Assembly: GCA_963719225.1 (NCBI GenBank)
Contig: CAVRAY010000001.1
Location: forward strand, 2,912,001-2,976,000
DNA length: 64,000 nucleotides
Origin: Thermoanaerobaculia bacterium
Lineage (GTDB): Bacteria; Acidobacteriota; Thermoanaerobaculia; UBA5066
Direction of reading: 5' to 3'
Program-made: the position numbers and the translations under genes
The notes under the pieces: generated by a model
Databases searched by the model: none
What the model saw: the letters and a program-made list of their open reading frames with translations, nothing else
What the model was told of the DNA's origin: nothing
Shown here: in pieces, positions 61,357 through 64,000 of the stretch
How positions within the stretch are numbered: the stretch's first letter is position 1
Layout of the letters: every line of letters starts with the position of its first letter

Positions 61357-61689
61357 CTATTTCCGCCCGACGAGGAACATGCCGGCGACGATCAGGAGCG
61401 TCCCGACCCAGCGGTTCGGGCCGACGGACTCGCCGAGAACGAGGGAGGACGCGGCGAGCAGGAAGACGAAGTAGAGGCTCGCCATGACGGGCACCGCGAA
61501 GCTGATCTCGAACCGGGAGAGCGCCGCCAGCCAGACGAGGTTCGTCAAGGCACCTAGCGCATACCCCGCGAGGATCAGGGGCGTCGTGAAGATGCGGCGG
61601 ATGAGCGCGAGCAGCCCCTCGAAGCTGATGCCGATCGGCCCGCCCTTGGAGACGCCGGCCTTGAGGAAGAGCTGGTTCGCGCAGGTCAT
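61357..61689 (-). CDS. SMR/EamA-like (ArnE/ArnF-type) small membrane protein; true start probably further upstream
   Basis: QLFLK.G, WLAALSRFEISFA.P, LGE.V...W.G..LIVAG. Confidence 0.8.
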   Translation of the reverse strand: MTCANQLFLKAGVSKGGPIGISFEGLLALIRRIFTTPLILAGYALGALTNLVWLAALSRFEISFAVPVMASLYFVFLLAASSLVLGESVGPNRWVGTLLIVAGMFLVGRK

Positions 61690-61847
61690 TGCAGCGACCG
61701 CTACGAGGAGCAGGACGTGAACGCCGTAGCGAGAGAAAACTTCGCCGGTATGACTTCACCGTTCTTCCTCCTCCGCCCGCCGTCGAGGGGCCGGCATCAT
61801 CTTGCCACGGCGTGCCTGCGGGACCAGATGCGATACTGCGGCGCCGC

Positions 61848-62680
61848 ATGCACGAAACGGGCGTGTCGCGCGTTCCCGGGTGGCGGCGGCTCTTCCGCCA
61901 CAGCTCTCGCCTCGGACTTCGCTGGCTGCGTGGGGCCACGGGCTGGCGCGACGCACGGGGAGGTCTGGCGAGGCTTCTCGTGCCGCTGGACCCCTGGAGG
62001 TACTGGGAACTGGGACGTCTCGCCGACGTGCCGTTCTCGGGCCGCTGCCTCGACGTCTCGAGTCCGAAGCTCCTCCCGAGTCTCCTCGCCCGTGAGTGCA
62101 CGGGAGCGTGGGCGGCGGTCGACTTCTTCCATGAGGAGGTCGCGCGCTGGCGGCGCCTCGATCCGTCACTGGCGCTCGCGGTCTGCGACGGCCGCTCTCT
62201 CCCTTTCCCGGAGGCCACCTTCGAGCATGCCGTGTGCGTGTCCGTCGTCGAGCACATCGCAGGCGACGGCGATAAACGAACGATGGACGAGATCTGGCGT
62301 GTCCTGAAGCCCGGCGGCGTCCTCCACCTCACGACCAACGCCGCGCGTGAGCCGCGCGAGATCTGGGGCCGAAGGCGGCCTTGGGGTACGGTTCATGTCG
62401 AGCGTGACGGCCTCGCGTTCTTCGAGCGCCACTATGGTCCGGACGAGGTCGCGGCTCGCCTGCTGCGGCGCTCCTGGACGTCCTGACCTGGGAGTGGGTA
62501 ACGGAGTCTTCGCGCTGGATCGAGGACGCATTCGTCCGCCTGCTCCCGTTCTCGTACGTTCTGGGGAGGCTCCTTCGCTTCCTGTGCCCGCGGAACTTCC
62601 GAGTCTCCCAGACTCCTTTCCTCCCCGAAGACGGACGGTTCGGCGTGGTCTATCTCCGGCTGAGGAAGCCCGCAGCTTGA
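61848..62680 (+). pseudogene. Class I SAM-dependent methyltransferase, apparent frameshift at ~62477
   Basis: CLDVSS, DGRSLPF...FE...C.SVVEHI, E..RVLKPGG.L.LT; after W at 62475 the -1 frame continues as plausible protein ending GVVYLRLRKPAA. Confidence 0.7.
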
Positions 62681-62690
62681 TCTCCCGGCT

Positions 62691-63596
62691 TCACGGCCGG
62701 GCCCTCTTCGTGAGAAGAAGATTGATCCACGCCTGTGTTCGTCCGCGACATGTCTCGAGAATCTCCGCGGGGCGAAGTGGATGGCGCTCGGCTTCCGGCA
62801 CCTCGACGTCCTCGAACTGGAAGCCAAGGCTCTCGAGATCCGCGAGGAACGACGCGGCGTCGACGAGGGCCCGTGCGAGCCCCTCGGGCCAGATCTCCAT
62901 AAGGGCCGTGATTCGCGGCAGCCCGAAGAGGCGGCGCCCGCCATCAACGACGAGAGCTTCGGCGCCCTGAACGTCGACCTTCACGAGGATTCCCGCGTCG
63001 AAGGAACGGGCCTCGTCTCCGAAACTGTCGAGAGTCATCGCTTCGACTTCCACGAAGCGGCCCGACGACGTCCGGACCGAGCCTGGATGAAAGGAGTGCG
63101 CCCCGAAGTTCGCGTCATCGAGGTGCAGCCGTACGATGCCGGCCTTATCCGAGACGGCGACAGGAAGGGGTCGGATGTTCGTGAACCCGTTCTCCGCGAT
63201 GCTGCGCATCAGCAGACTGAAGTTCCGAGGCTCGGGCTCGAAGGCGTACACCCGGCCCGAAGGCCCGACCGCGCGCGCCGCGAGGAGCGTGTAATAGCCG
63301 ATGTTCGCTCCGACGTCGAAGACACACATCCCCGCGCGCACGTTGGCGAGGAAAGCCTCGGTCTCCGACCGCTCCCAGACCTCGTCTCCGAGAAGGTGTG
63401 TCGCGATGACGCGGTCGCGCGTGTCCACCCAGATAGGCATCCCGTTCACGACGACGCGTTGTTCGCCACCCGGGAAAACGAGGCGGTGGAGCAGCGCGTA
63501 GGCCTGCCGGGCGCCGGGCACGCGCTCAGCGCCCGCGCGGGAGAGTGCGGCGACCAGGCGTGAGAATGCCCGCTGGAGGCCGGCCCCCGCGCTCAC
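62691..63596 (-). CDS. FkbM family methyltransferase
   Basis: FDVGANIGYYT, VYAFEP, KVDVQGAE..V..G. Confidence 0.92.
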   Translation of the reverse strand: MSAGAGLQRAFSRLVAALSRAGAERVPGARQAYALLHRLVFPGGEQRVVVNGMPIWVDTRDRVIATHLLGDEVWERSETEAFLANVRAGMCVFDVGANIGYYTLLAARAVGPSGRVYAFEPEPRNFSLLMRSIAENGFTNIRPLPVAVSDKAGIVRLHLDDANFGAHSFHPGSVRTSSGRFVEVEAMTLDSFGDEARSFDAGILVKVDVQGAEALVVDGGRRLFGLPRITALMEIWPEGLARALVDAASFLADLESLGFQFEDVEVPEAERHPLRPAEILETCRGRTQAWINLLLTKRARP

Positions 63597-64000
63597 GCCG
63601 CGAGCTCTCCATAGACGGCGTCGTGAGCGCGCACGCACGCCTCGATCGTGAGTTGCGTCGCCCTCCGGCGGCCCGCCTCGACGAGGCCGGCGGGGTTCCG
63701 GAGCACGTCTTCGATCCCGCTCGCGATGTCACCGGGAGAGAGCGGATCCACGTACCGCGCCGCGTCGCCGCAGACCTCCGGGAGCGACGTGACGCGCGAG
63801 ACGACCACGGGGCAGCCACAGGCCATCGCCTCGACGGGAGGAAGTCCAAATCCTTCCCACAGGCTTGGGAAGACGGTCGCGGACGCGGTCTGATAAAGAC
63901 GGATCAGCTCGTCGTCGCTCACGAGGCCGCGGCTCACGACGCCGTCCGGCAGGGGGCGGCTGCCGTGGCCCGCCCCGGTCAGGACGAGCGTGACCTCCGG
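63593..64000 (-). CDS. Glycosyltransferase family 4, 3' part (5'-truncated by window)
   Basis: [24 protein letters not shown]...SLPEV. Confidence 0.92.
   Translation of the reverse strand, partial: PEVTLVLTGAGHGSRPLPDGVVSRGLVSDDELIRLYQTASATVFPSLWEGFGLPPVEAMACGCPVVVSRVTSLPEVCGDAARYVDPLSPGDIASGIEDVLRNPAGLVEAGRRRATQLTIEACVRAHDAVYGELAA

Overview
Very GC-rich, gene-dense bacterial chromosomal DNA. Gene content suggests Acidobacteriota (Thermoanaerobaculia-like), which is an inference. I count about 55 CDS and saw no rRNA, tRNA, CRISPR array or mobile element. Housekeeping and metabolic genes include cstA, lpdA, modABC, sbp-cysTWA, serA-like genes with DUF1015, GH63 and glycogen-debranching glucosidases, an acyl-CoA ligase and dehydrogenase, a copper amine oxidase and a sedolisin. 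Highlights: (1) a dispersed oriented motif, TTC[T/C/G]AAG[A/C]A, found about 20 times, mostly inside CDS, nearly always in a G-depleted polypyrimidine patch that reshapes the encoded protein; (2) a hidden secreted UxxC selenoprotein with a clear SECIS hairpin, coupled to a Ser/Thr kinase; (3) a DoxX-precursor-MNIO(DUF692)-DUF2063 RiPP cluster whose precursor has four CxGxNxCxGxGxC repeats; (4) an ApbE-porin-FMN_bind-cytochrome b-like operon with a Fur-like box; (5) a minimal KdpD/KdpE pair beside two tandem KimA-like transporters, only one of which has a KdpE-type box; (6) pervasive leaderless promoters. Several single-base frameshifts probably reflect long-read assembly errors.
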